From: Novakomyces olei
Taxonomy: Eukaryota
Length of the DNA: 64,000 bases
Direction: 5' to 3'
Assembly (NCBI GenBank): GCA_016906335.1
Contig: JADEYG010000004.1
Location: 496,001-560,000, forward strand
The position numbers and the translations under genes are program-made. Positions 1 through 10,993 of the stretch are shown here, piece by piece; within the stretch, counting starts at the first letter, position 1, and each line of letters begins with the position of its first letter. The notes under the pieces were generated by a model, which worked only from the letters and a program-made list of their open reading frames with translations, was not told the DNA's origin and did no database searches.

Positions 1-40
1 TAATGATGAAGCTAGCTCACCCATATAATCCGAGCACAAG

Positions 41-1232
41 ATGGACTTTTTAACGGCAGAGATCAATCGTAAACGTAAGGAGATCAAGGATCATAACGAT
101 AATGGCGCGGACGCCCCAGCAAGTAAATATCTTCGGCGAAAAGAGCTCGAAGAGGCTCGCGAACAGATTTATTTGCAAAAGCAGCGTGCGATAGACCGCG
201 AACGAGAGGTTGCGCGAGAACAAAAGTTACGAGAGAATCTGGAGAATGAAAAATTGCAGGCTCAACGCCGTAGGGATCGTGAACGTGAAGCTTGGGAAAG
301 AGTAAGTTACTTTGTAGAGCTCTTATTTCATCTTCCTGGCGTATTTCTTAGGGTTTATTTATCTTATCTCGGTGCTGATGAACAGGAAACTGCTCGTGAA
401 AATGAGGCAGTAAGCGAGGAGGAAGTGCATAAAAGGCTGCGAGCTGCCGGTGAACCGATAAGACTTTTTGGAGAAACTCTAAGGCAGCGTAAAGCGCGGC
501 TTACTGTGGTGGAAGAAGCCTTAGCTCGAGAGGAAGCGCGCAATAAGAAGGAAGCTGAGGCTGAAGCTGCTTTAGCGGCGAACGAAAATGGTTCTTTTGA
601 GATCGATATTCGACGGATCAATGACGCTTCTCCTCGAATTTACCTTCAAATTCGACTTTACATTGGGCATATTTTAAAAGAGTTTGCATCATATCTAGAA
701 TCACACCCAGAGCACGAGGATCTCGCTTCATCGTATGCAAATGCACAAAAGGATTTACAGTTTCTTTTTGAGCAGTTACGAGACTGCAATATGAAGCCCG
801 ACATCTTGAGGGCATTAGCGTCTATCGTTTATTATTGCCAGTGCCATGAATATATTAGGGCCAATGATGCTTATCTCAAACTCAGTATCGGTAATGCTGC
901 CTGGCCCATCGGACTTCAGGACGGAGGTATCCACGAGCGGACTGCACGTGATCGTATTAAAACTAAAAACGTTACGAATTTGCTTATCGACGAGGCCACT
1001 CGTAAGGTAGGTTGTTTTCCAAATTTGTCTATTGTTTTATTCATCCTTATCAATTGCTCTTGTCGTTTAATTTTATCTTGCAATGATATTCCGTCTAGTC
1101 CTTTTGTATTTATTTATTTATTTTTCTTTTTATACATGACTAAACGACCAGTGGCTGCAAAGCATTAAACGGTGTCTTACGTTTGCACAGTTAATATGGC
1201 CGCCCGATGATCCTAGTATGCGGATGGGATAG
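41..1232 (+). CDS. PRP18: Pre-mRNA splicing second-step factor Prp18 (introns 302-385, 1007-1151)
   Basis: PRP4-like motif (RLRAAGEPIRLFGE) and Prp18 core (ANDAYLKLSIGNAAWPIG..GIHER; spliced last exon WLQSIKRCLTFAQ, stop 1230-1232). Confidence 0.95.
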
Positions 1233-1511
1233 AATCTGTTTAAAGTTTGGTTTGGAATAGCGGTTTAGTAAATGGATAGGATTGATGTGCACGTTTACAT
1301 ACACGCGTTTAGGCGAATAGATCTCGCATGATAATGAGTAGAGAACCTTTTACGTGATCTACATACACAGTCTTGTATCCGTCACTTAAATCTCACAGAT
1401 GAATTCGTGTTAAATTAGCCATATGCTCTCTCCATCATACATATGAGGAAATGTAAAGCGCGTGCGCCTGGTAATCGGTAATGAGGTTTATGAATGTGCA
1501 TGCCGACAAGA

Positions 1512-1913
1512 TTACTTCTTCTCCTTGCTGGCGCCCTTGGTCTTTGCGGTTCCACGGACCTTCTTTTGACGGTTCTTGCGTTGCTTGCGCTGTTGACGGC
1601 TGGGCTTCTCCACACGCTTGTCCAGACCGGCGCGTACACGGCGGTAAAGGGGCTCAAACGTCTTGAACTCGTCAAGACTATCGTAAATCAAAGCAAAACC
1701 AGTCGTCTTTCCGCCACCGAAACTCGTTTGCAATCCGAAAACTTGAACTTGTGTAGCATCTGGTACACCGTACAATTGGGCCAGCTTTTCCCGTAGCGTA
1801 GATTTGGCAGGGGTAGGTGTGTTTGGGTGGAGCACATCGACCACCATCTGCTTGCGCGCAAGCAGACGGTTGGTCATAAACTTGCGCGTACGGAGCGTAA
1901 CTGCGTCGGCCAT
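1512..1913 (-). CDS. RPS24: 40S ribosomal protein eS24
   Basis: [26 protein letters not shown]...[14 protein letters not shown]; intronless. Confidence 0.98.
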   Translation of the reverse strand: MADAVTLRTRKFMTNRLLARKQMVVDVLHPNTPTPAKSTLREKLAQLYGVPDATQVQVFGLQTSFGGGKTTGFALIYDSLDEFKTFEPLYRRVRAGLDKRVEKPSRQQRKQRKNRQKKVRGTAKTKGASKEKK

Positions 1914-1970
1914 TGTGATTTGTGTGAGATGAGTCCGCTGTGTATTGGGTATGTTTGTTATCCGTATGCG

Positions 1971-1994
1971 CGTGACTTATCAATACCCTACCCT
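1971..1994 (-). promoter_or_regulatory. Homol E (AGGGTAGGGT) plus Homol D-like (AGTCACG) ribosomal-protein promoter module
   Basis: Plus strand ACCCTACCCT at 1985-1994 and CGTGACT at 1971-1977, 58-81 nt upstream of the RPS24 ATG, in E-then-D order. Confidence 0.75.
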
Positions 1995-2645
1995 ATCTTA
2001 TATACTACAATATGAATAATTAATTATATATCTCGAGTAAGTTGTTATTGAATAATTATATTACGTGAGTAATAAAGTAAAGTATGGCGTAAAATAGAAG
2101 CGTCTCAATGTCTATAGTCTATTTATTATGTAGCTTTTTGTAGCCAATAAACAGTTGAGCGTGTCATATACAAAGCTATGCTACAGTATATGGGGTTAAT
2201 ACTAATACAGCCAAAAGCAAAGTTGGCAGGTCGATACTGAATCTGTGTGCTGCGAGCTTTGGTCCAAATCTTGTAGCGAGCTCTTTGTCGTAGCAATTGA
2301 AATACGCCCTTGGCCTTTTGACAATGTGTAGCGCTCATGATCTATGGGTACTGTTAAAACAGTGATAAAAATGAATACACGCACAAGTGGTCACTTTCTT
2401 TCTACCGTTGGGACACATTTGTAAGCGGTAGTGATTCAAGGGCTTTACAGTACCTGCGGCCTGCGCAGCCCACGATTTCAGCCAGCTCAGGACTCAACAT
2501 AATCTTGTCTTCGCCGTGCTCATTTAAAAATAGTGTAAATAATAGCAATTTCCAGTCTTTTGTAGTTCCTCCCTCGATTCGTGCAGACTTATACGGAACG
2601 AGGGAAAAATCGTTCTTGGCTCTGCGAATATATCGCACATTTGTA

Positions 2646-3526
2646 ATGGCCGACTTGGACCCAGACCAAGTCGAGCAATTGCAAACCAAAGAATACTGGG
2701 TACCGCTTCTGTTCTTTCGTTATTCAAGTATACTCTTGCGCTTGTTTAGCGCAACACATGAACTTTTGGGACGCGAATGCCGACTGCTAATTTTTAGAAT
2801 TCTCGTTATTTAAAAGATGAAGATACTTTTGACTGGTTCAAGACTTGGCGGGAGCTTTTGCATTTTCTGAAAAATGCAATTGCTGACGGCGAGAGCAGCC
2901 TAATTTTAATGTTGGGCTGTGGCAATAGTGTAAGCGTCTCCCACGCCAAATATCTAATTTTTCAAGACGCTTTCGGGTGACATGTATTCTGCTGGGTACA
3001 CGCATATCACAAATGTCGATTTTAGCCAAGTTTGTATTGATCAAATGCAAAAGTTGAATAACGACAAGCCAAACATGTCGTGGCATTGTGCAGATGTCAG
3101 GAGCATGCAATTTGGAAACGACATCTTTGACGCGGCTATTGATAAGGCATGTAAATTATTTGCTTTTTTAAGTCTACAGAAGAAGATCAAATGACTAATC
3201 GCAGGGTACGCTCGATGCTTTTCTCAGCTACAAAGGCAGCGTATGGGAGTTGCCTCCAGAAGTGGAGACGGCAGCTTTACAGTACATGGACGAGGTAAGT
3301 TTAAACACAAGCGCTTTTTTGCCGAATTGACACGAAACTTTAGGTACATCGGGTGCTGAAACCAGGAGGCAGATTTATATACGTTTCCTACCGGCAGCCA
3401 CACTTTGCCAAACTTGCAATTGATCGGCCGTATTGGGACCTTTCTGTACATACATTGCAAGGTGGCAACGGAGGATTCGATTATTTTGGATATGTAATGG
3501 TGAAAAAGGCATCAACCCCTTCGTAG
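2646..3526 (+). CDS. EEF1AKMT4/METTL13-like class I SAM-dependent protein-lysine methyltransferase (4 introns)
   Basis: Spliced model: TKEYWNSRY..FDWF..ILMLGCGNSTLSGDMY..ITNVDFS..AAIDKGTLDA..EVHRVLKPGG; stop 3524-3526. Confidence 0.85.
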
Positions 3527-3947
3527 ACGTGAAGCACGAAAAAAAGGAGGTATTAGTGCGGGGAATGTATATAAAATAGTTTAAATTTAATTTAGTCAAA
3601 TCTTTGCATTTCAAAAACTTGGTTCTGTGCTTTACAATTTCTAGGAATTCAGTGCTGAAATGAATTTGAGAGGAAGGCCGGTCCTAAAGATTCATCCAAC
3701 ATAAACAAATTAAAATATAGAATCGAAAGATAGTGTAGAAGGAAAAAAGAATATTAGAGACTATAGCGTTTTACGTCGATCAGACAAGACCACAAAGCGT
3801 TGTGAAATTAATTACCATCTAAACGTCGATAATAATGCACGACGACAGGCAGGAAACATATATTGAAAGAAAGAATTTGGAGACAAAAGTATCAATTCAA
3901 GGTTTCAATTTCAATCCAGAGTAAATCGTTATTTATAATCAGATTCC

Positions 3948-4459
3948 TCAGATACCACGCTTGTCCGCAAGGACACGCACTATGCACCCAGTCCCTCCAA
4001 CTTCCGATACTTTATCGTGCCATTGGAGTAAAGTACCAGACGCATACTTCTCCGGTTCTCCCAATCCCTTATAGATGTATGACATGAGAACATCTCGCTG
4101 TTCGTTCGTAAGCGCCTTTACTGCGCCCGGAACGTCACTGATCCGTGTGTTTGCCAATACTGACATGACAGTGTCCAAGTGAGTCACACGCAAGGCCGGG
4201 GTGCAGGTTGCGCCATACGGTGGGTCTGTTAATACCTGCGGCAAAACGGTTACCGAGTCGCCTCTGTGCACGTTAGAAGCATACAATAACATTCATAATG
4301 ATCTTATTACCGTGCCGCCATCGGCTTCACTTGCCGAGCCAACTGCTCCACATGAGCCGCCAATTGGTCTCCCAGAGGGTGCGGATACATAGCGACAAAG
4401 TCGCTTTCCTGTAACCGCTCATCGTCCAGAACATCCACGTCGATCTTCCGGAATGCCAT
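3948..4459 (-). CDS. ARC15: Arp2/3 complex subunit 5 (1 intron)
   Basis: MAFRKIDVD N-terminus; DVLMSYIYKGL..LLQWHDK..GGTGCIVRVLAD C-terminus. Confidence 0.95.
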
Positions 4460-4932
4460 TGGGTATATGAAATGTGGAGGATGGACGGCTTCAGCATTGG
4501 CTGTTTATATAATAATATAATAACATAGATAGTATAATATGTTATGGAAGTATATAATTATGCTCATACACCGAGTCTATGTTCATATAAGATCCAGCTT
4601 GCGCCGTGCAGATTATGGGATGAGATGCTTTACCCGTTTGTAAGGAGTGAGGTGAAAATTCGGGTAACGACATCGTCCACAGAATATGTGCCGTAGACTA
4701 CAAATGCGTGTTATCCTGCACATAGACTTTGGTTTATTACCAATTTAATTAATTTTTAATTAATTGCCTCAATGTAAAAGATAATTAATTTGGGTTAATT
4801 GATACTGCCGCGCATGCACAAGTAAGCCCAAGCAAGCAAGCAATCGAACAGGCTCACATGGTCCTGCTTTTTTATTACTACAATAGTCTCATACGTAACT
4901 CTATACTGTATCAGCGATACTTATGCCACACT

Positions 4933-4960
4933 AGGTTAGGGTTTGTGACCTTGCTATAAA
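4933..4960 (+). promoter_or_regulatory. Homol E-like (AGGTTAGGGT), Homol D-like (TGTGACC) and TATA box upstream of RPP2
   Basis: AGGTTAGGGT 4933-4942, TGTGACC 4944-4950, TATAAA 4955-4960. Confidence 0.6.
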
Positions 4961-5070
4961 CCATAAGCACAAGTCCCAAACATTAACAGTCCTTAACCAA
5001 GCGAAGTTTCGAATTTCCGCCGTTGGCTTAAAGACAAACCAGTCAGATTTTCGCTCGTCGCTAAACGAAA

Positions 5071-5515
5071 ATGAAGCATTTAGCTGCATACCTCCTGTTA
5101 ACTGTCGGCGGCAACACTGCCCCTACCGCAGACGACATCAAGAAAGTTCTCTCGTCTGTTGGAATTGACGCTGATGAGTCGCGTGTGTCTGAACTTATCA
5201 AGGACCTTGAGGGCAAAGACATCGCAACTGTAAGCTCTATATGCCCTTTAAACTTGTACTGCATTGTGTGTTTTAGCTAACGAATTAGTTGATCTCTGAG
5301 GGCGCAGAGAAACTGGCCACCGTGCCTGCTGGTGGTGCCGTTGCTGCATCTGCCGGTGGTGCCGCTGCTGCTGGCGGTGCCGCTGCTCCTGCCGAGGAGG
5401 CTAAAGAGGAGAAGAAGGAGGAAGCTGCCGAGGAATCGGACGAAGACGTAAGTTTTTCTTTCTTATAAATTTTATATCTAACCGTCTCTAGATGGGCTTT
5501 GGTCTCTTTGACTAA
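5071..5515 (+). CDS. RPP2: 60S acidic ribosomal protein P2 (2 introns)
   Basis: [10 protein letters not shown]..; Ala/Gly hinge; spliced C-terminus EESDEDMGFGLFD. Confidence 0.97.
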
Positions 5516-5941
5516 GCTGTATGCTCTTTACGCTTCTAATAAAAAACCCTTGCTCCAAAGATCAAACCGTTTCATGTGATACGCTTGCGTAGACAATTGC
5601 CGTAGAGTGGAAGGCCTATAATTTTGTAGACTTACAAGTCACCGTGCTGTTTGTGCTATTATTACCGTTTACATCTGGTCGGGCCGGCGTCTTCTCGATT
5701 ACCAGTGCTTTGGTCGTACAATCCCATCTTTGTACCTTTTACCTGCGATTGCTGTATGAAAATGAAATCTGTCTGTTTCTATAAAGTATATCCGTGTCCT
5801 TTTGTGCCTTTGTCAAATTCCTCAATGTTGTATAGCACGTCTATTAATCATTGTCTGCCTATCATTCGTTCAAAGCCAAAGCATTGTACAAATCCGGCCA
5901 GTTACCCATACTTTGTGTCCTCAAAATCATGCGACCCGTTT

Positions 5942-7198
5942 CTATTGCAGTCCATACTTTTTAAATTCATTGACCGCGCGCTCAAATCCAATATTGCCTC
6001 CGCTAATAATCACAACGACATTTCTCAAATCTGGTATTGCTCGAAACTTGTCATTGTACAGGACGACTGCCAATGTGACCGCTCCACTAGGCTCCGCGAT
6101 TATTCGCATATGAGTCCATATAAGATGCATGGCGCGAACTATCTGCTCCTCAGTCACAGTAAATACGCCATCGACAAGGGTAGAGAGAGCAGTAAAAGTC
6201 CTCGGCGTTAAAGAAGTACGCAAACCATCTGCTACTGTGTCTGGATTGACAACTGGCACCAAATGTCCTTGCTCAAAGGACCGATAGGCGTCATTTGCTC
6301 GCTCCGGTTCGCCGACAAAAACTTTTATTGAAGGGTGTAAGCTTTTAACGGCTACTGCAGTCCCCGTCATCTGTTGTTAGTCTGCTGTGCAATGTAAGAC
6401 CATCAGCATTTGCAAAAGAGAACGCTACTAACGAAACGATAAAATAAACATAAAACACCAGCACCGTACCAATCCACCTCCGCCAACAGGCGCTAGTACC
6501 GCATCCAGCTTATCTCTTGCGTCATTGTCTTGCGTCGTTTGTGAGTTTAACGTATCTAATCCAAACTCTTTTTCCTGCCGCTGCTCTTTCCATTGCTCCA
6601 TAGCTTCTAGCACGCAAGTCCCCTGACCCGCAATCACGTGCGGATCATCGTGAGCGTGTACATAGACGGCGCCCGTCTCGCGCTGAACGCGTCGGCTTTC
6701 CCGCTCACGTGCACTTTCATTCGGCTCGCATTGTAAAACACTTGCACCATAAAATTCCATTGCAGCAATTTTGTTGGCTGGAGTATTGCTTGGGGCAATG
6801 ACGCGTACAGGCATACCGAGCCGACCTGCCGCTAGCGCAAGCGCCTGCCCGTGGTTTCCCGACGAGGCAGTTACAACGCCAGCGGACCTATCTTCAGGTG
6901 CAATTAATGACACGGCATTTGTAGCGCCACGTGCCTTGAATGCTGGAAATTAATGTCATCCTTTATCTTGCATAATTATCGTGAATAAAATGATACCTCC
7001 AGCCTTTTGGAAGTTTTCGCATTTGAAAAAGATGCGACGGGGAAAAGTGCCACGGGACGCAAGTCCGTCTATCGTCAAACTTGTTAAAAGCGGCGTCGTG
7101 TGAGTAAGACCTTTAATGCGAGTACGCGCAGCCTCAATTGCTGAAAAGGGAACTTCTTGCTGCTCCAATTGGCGAAGGCCATCTTTGTATTGCGCCAT
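5942..7198 (-). CDS. SRY1: PLP-dependent serine racemase / Ser-Thr dehydratase family enzyme (2 introns)
   Basis: KCENFQKAGAFKARGA (PLP lysine), SSGNHGQA, PVGGGGL, EPSGAV, ISGGN. Confidence 0.88.
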
Positions 7199-7395
7199 TA
7201 TGAATCCGTCTGATCGCGTCCTAATAGAGGCACCTTATATTATTATAATTACCGGCTATTTGATTATATTATTATGCTACGCTCAACGTAATATATCAAT
7301 TAATCCGATAAATAAATATTATACAAGTAGAAACAAATCGGCTTAAAAGTGCTATTTTCCAAAGGAAACGCACGCTGAAAAGTCGTGAATTCGCA

Positions 7396-7754
7396 ATGCG
7401 GCCGTCTACGGTAGCACTAAGATCTGCTTGGAAAGGTGGGTCTTTGGAAAAGCGAGTGGCTAATGTTTCCAGGTCCATACGTGGTCGATTTTGGCGTTTC
7501 GCTGGCAGAAGCCCTTAAAACCCGAAAGCCGATCGAGACACAGGCACGTGCATGCACCATTTTACCAAGCTTTGTTGGCCTACGATTTATGGTGCACAAT
7601 GGGCGCCGGTATCATAACGTTGAGATTACGGAGGATATGATTGGTCACAAATTGGGCGAGTTTTCGCCCACTCGGAAAGCGTACGTCGCAGTATTCATGT
7701 CAATCAAGGCTAACCCATTCTAGATTTTCGTACAAGTTTTCGAAGAACAAATAG
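7396..7754 (+). CDS. RSM19: Mitochondrial ribosomal protein uS19m (2 introns)
   Basis: [42 protein letters not shown]. Confidence 0.95.
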
Positions 7755-8272
7755 TTGCGAGCTACCAGTCTACCCGTTTACATATACCATGGCTCCTTGT
7801 TATTGCATAATCAAGCGTGAATTTGAATTGAACAAGTTTAATAGGCAGTAAAGTTTGTAGTCACGGTTCGTAAAGAAAGGCAGGCCGCCTACACTTTAAT
7901 TTTATTTTATTCTGTACAATAAAAACGGTGTACTGTTTCTTCTACATATTATTTATATTATTATATTATTATATAACATACAAACGTAGTACCGCCCAAT
8001 CACCTACGTAACTAATAGAGTCTGAAAACCCTAAACACGCTCTGAAAACAAGATAAACCAGGTCAGATCTGGTACGGCTTCCATTACAGCTTTTGGCTCG
8101 AATTGCCTCTCCACTACGGCTGGCTGGTACGTGGCAATCTGCCTGTGCACCTTTAGTCACTGCTTTTAAATCTTGTACCCAACTGACTCCAATAGTCCCC
8201 TAAAGGAAGAAAAGAAACGAAACAAGCACCCTCCTCCCCTTCTTGAAGGGGTCCGGATTCTTTACAGCCAGT

Positions 8273-9181
8273 ATGCCGATGATGTTTGACGCGGCTCAGA
8301 CGCCGCAAGACCTTGGAGTTATCAAGCAAGGCCGTCCTGATCCTTTTCTGGCGGATCCGGCGCTCATTGAAGTATCACGGCGAGAACTTCATTTGGAGGA
8401 GCAATTTCAAGCATATTTAACGGAAAACTTGAAGCGAGCAGTGGCCGGAGAGCCTTACACTCCTCCTCCAGCCAGTGGCAGCGGCAGTGGCCTTTGGGCG
8501 AAAGCCGTACGTGCTTTTGAACTTGCTGGTGATCCCGACACCCGGATTCTTTTAGAGCAACAAAACGCTCGTAGCCGGACTCTTTATGATATTACCAAGC
8601 AATTAGTTTCCTCTGGGCACAAGGATGCTGCCGCTGAACTCGCTGGGGCTGCGGGTAATCGCGGTCCTATTTTAGAGCGTCTTATCTCGGAGGAAGTTTT
8701 CCCAGAATCCTTTTCCGTTGCCACCCGAGCAATGGCAGCTGAAGGAATTAATGAGACTGTTTTGCGGACTCGCCAGAGCGGCAAACTGTGGACAGCGCCG
8801 GCTAATATCTTTGAGCCTTTGCAGTCTCCATGGGACACTGCAGTTAATGAGTGGTTCGTTAAATTACCAACTGTGCGTGAAGCCTTGCAAAAGCAGGAAG
8901 CAGCATTAGAAGCATCAAAGGCACAGGCTGCAAAGTACCATCACCCGCACCCTCGTCTGTTCGTCAAAGATCCTGGTGTTGAATCTCTCAATACCTTCCG
9001 TAATAATATGGCAGAACGGTTCCGTTTGCGACCCAAGAATAGTGGACAGCTTATACTCTGGGGCTTATTCGTTCCTGGCGTCCTAGGGTACACTTTTTAC
9101 CATACTTTACATCGCTGGCAATTGGCTGGTGTTAAGGAGGGCGAATCACCCCTCCGTGGTCTTCCTGAACCAGCAAAGTAG
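8273..9181 (+). CDS. Complex I accessory subunit NDUFB4 (B15)-like domain at the C-terminus of a 302 aa protein
   Basis: C-terminal DPGVESLNTFRNNMAERFRLRPKNSGQLILWGLFVPGVLGYTFY..WQLAG fits the fungal NDUFB4 pattern (DP..N..FR.xP..TM). In-frame stop at 8201-8203 precedes the ATG; probable 5'UTR intron 8127-8195. Confidence 0.7.
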   Translation: MPMMFDAAQTPQDLGVIKQGRPDPFLADPALIEVSRRELHLEEQFQAYLTENLKRAVAGEPYTPPPASGSGSGLWAKAVRAFELAGDPDTRILLEQQNARSRTLYDITKQLVSSGHKDAAAELAGAAGNRGPILERLISEEVFPESFSVATRAMAAEGINETVLRTRQSGKLWTAPANIFEPLQSPWDTAVNEWFVKLPTVREALQKQEAALEASKAQAAKYHHPHPRLFVKDPGVESLNTFRNNMAERFRLRPKNSGQLILWGLFVPGVLGYTFYHTLHRWQLAGVKEGESPLRGLPEPAK

Positions 9182-9670
9182 GATGTATTTTAATTTATAC
9201 TGCTATTCATCTATGATCGTGTTTGCATAGATTGGTTTTTGCTGTGGCGGGCAACATAGGCAACTAGAATATGGGAACGTAAAATAAGGATTAGACTTTC
9301 TAGTTTCAAATGGCCTTGGCCCTGTTCATAGCAGGTCAGTAGCCAAAAGTTACAGGGCTATGCCCGCCCTAAAGGAAACCCTTCATCTCAGCTTGAATAA
9401 TATTAAGATAAAACTAGAGAGAGTATGAGTGTAATAGGATACATAAATGTAGATAGAGCAAATATCGAGGACAGATTCTTGGCTCCTTTGATTTATTGTG
9501 ATGCAAAAGGCAGTAGCAATGGTCAGCAGAGCTATTACATTCAACAAGAAGGCTGCCTCATATAACTATTAAAATTGTCCCGAACCTGGCAGTTCTTCAA
9601 ACTAACAAAAGCCTCCGCTTTAGCATTATTAGTCCATACTACCTTTTCAACTTCTACTTCATCCACGAGC

Positions 9671-10355
9671 CTAGTCCCACCGTCCTCGATGAGGCGAAAG
9701 ACTTCTGTCTCGCCGGGGCGGAGAGCCCCGATCAAAAGACCCTCGGCGTCGACCGTATCCGCGATCAGACGGGAATTTTCCGCGTGAAGGATTCCCGCCA
9801 GACAATCGTGCTCCTCGAACTGGCTCGTTCCCGAGCGTTACAGCTACATCGATCCAGTCACCAATGACAAACCGTAAATCCCTCAGAGTCTTGCTCGCAT
9901 CGGTCCCGGGTTTTCCCGACAGAGGAAGTGTTACGTAACCAACGTCACGTGTGCTGTACCTCCGCGCACTGGCTCCGGCGCCGTACACGAGACGGAAGGA
10001 AAGACGCGTTGGCGGTCCGCGACTGACTGCGCCTGGCTGTAGATGCCGAGGCAAGTTTGGCGCAATCAGGCTCGCAACCTCTCCAAGAGTCGCATCAAGC
10101 CACGTATGCAGCTGCAACTCGTCACGGAACGGTTGCCGCCGGGGCGAAAAGTCTTCCAGCCTTTACATGCAATTAGATATTTATTCAACTCGAGCAAGAA
10201 AGAGCAAAACAAACAAGAGAAAACAGAGATAATTGTGAACGAGTAAACGAGTATTTAAAGACGCTTTACCGATGGAAACCGCCCGGCCGATAGAACAAGC
10301 GTATAAGGAAGGGAGTCACATGCTGCCGGTCAATCTTGTCCTTGTTTGCCTCCAT
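9671..10355 (-). CDS. SAP18: Sin3/ASAP complex subunit SAP18 (1 intron)
   Basis: IDRQHVTPFLIRLF..GGFH; LQLHTWLDATLGE; KTLRDLRFVIGDWIDVAV; RG/RS-rich tail. Confidence 0.93.
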
Positions 10356-10383
10356 TATTAGCCGCTTGTAATGTTTGTATGAC

Positions 10384-10476
<93 letters not shown>
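10384..10476. repeat. (TTA)n microsatellite, ~31 units
   Basis: Perfect TAT/TTA run just upstream of the SAP18 ATG. Confidence 0.98.
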
Positions 10477-10477
<1 letters not shown>

Positions 10478-10993
10478 ACAAATGAATGGAGAATGGTTAT
10501 TAAATATATACAGATTACTGACTAATTTGGACCTTCGCTTGAAATCACTCAATTAATCGCAGACCCGTTGAACTGACGAATAGTGCGCGCACATTGTACG
10601 CGCAATTCCGTGAAATTAAAGGAAGACTATGTAAAATATTTGGGCCCATTGAACGATATTAGAGGCCCAAGGGTGGGAAGAATATGGACACGTTTGTCTC
10701 CAAAAGAAAAACAGAGCGCACACTTCCAAAAAAAATAAACAACATTGTTTTGAAGGAGTGTAGAGAAGAGACAAGTATTTCCCTGCGCTCAAAAAAGCGT
10801 TGAGCGCAAACGGTTTCCCCTTTTAGAGTCTTGCAATTGATCAAGTGCAGGAAGAAAATACACAAAAGCCATTCGCCATCTAAGAATGAGAATCAACAAA
10901 ATAATAATAGTAATAATGAACAGGTGCACACGCAACAGGAGCAAAAGCCGCCCTTGAATCCAAAGTTAATGCGCGATTATTCACTCCACGCTT

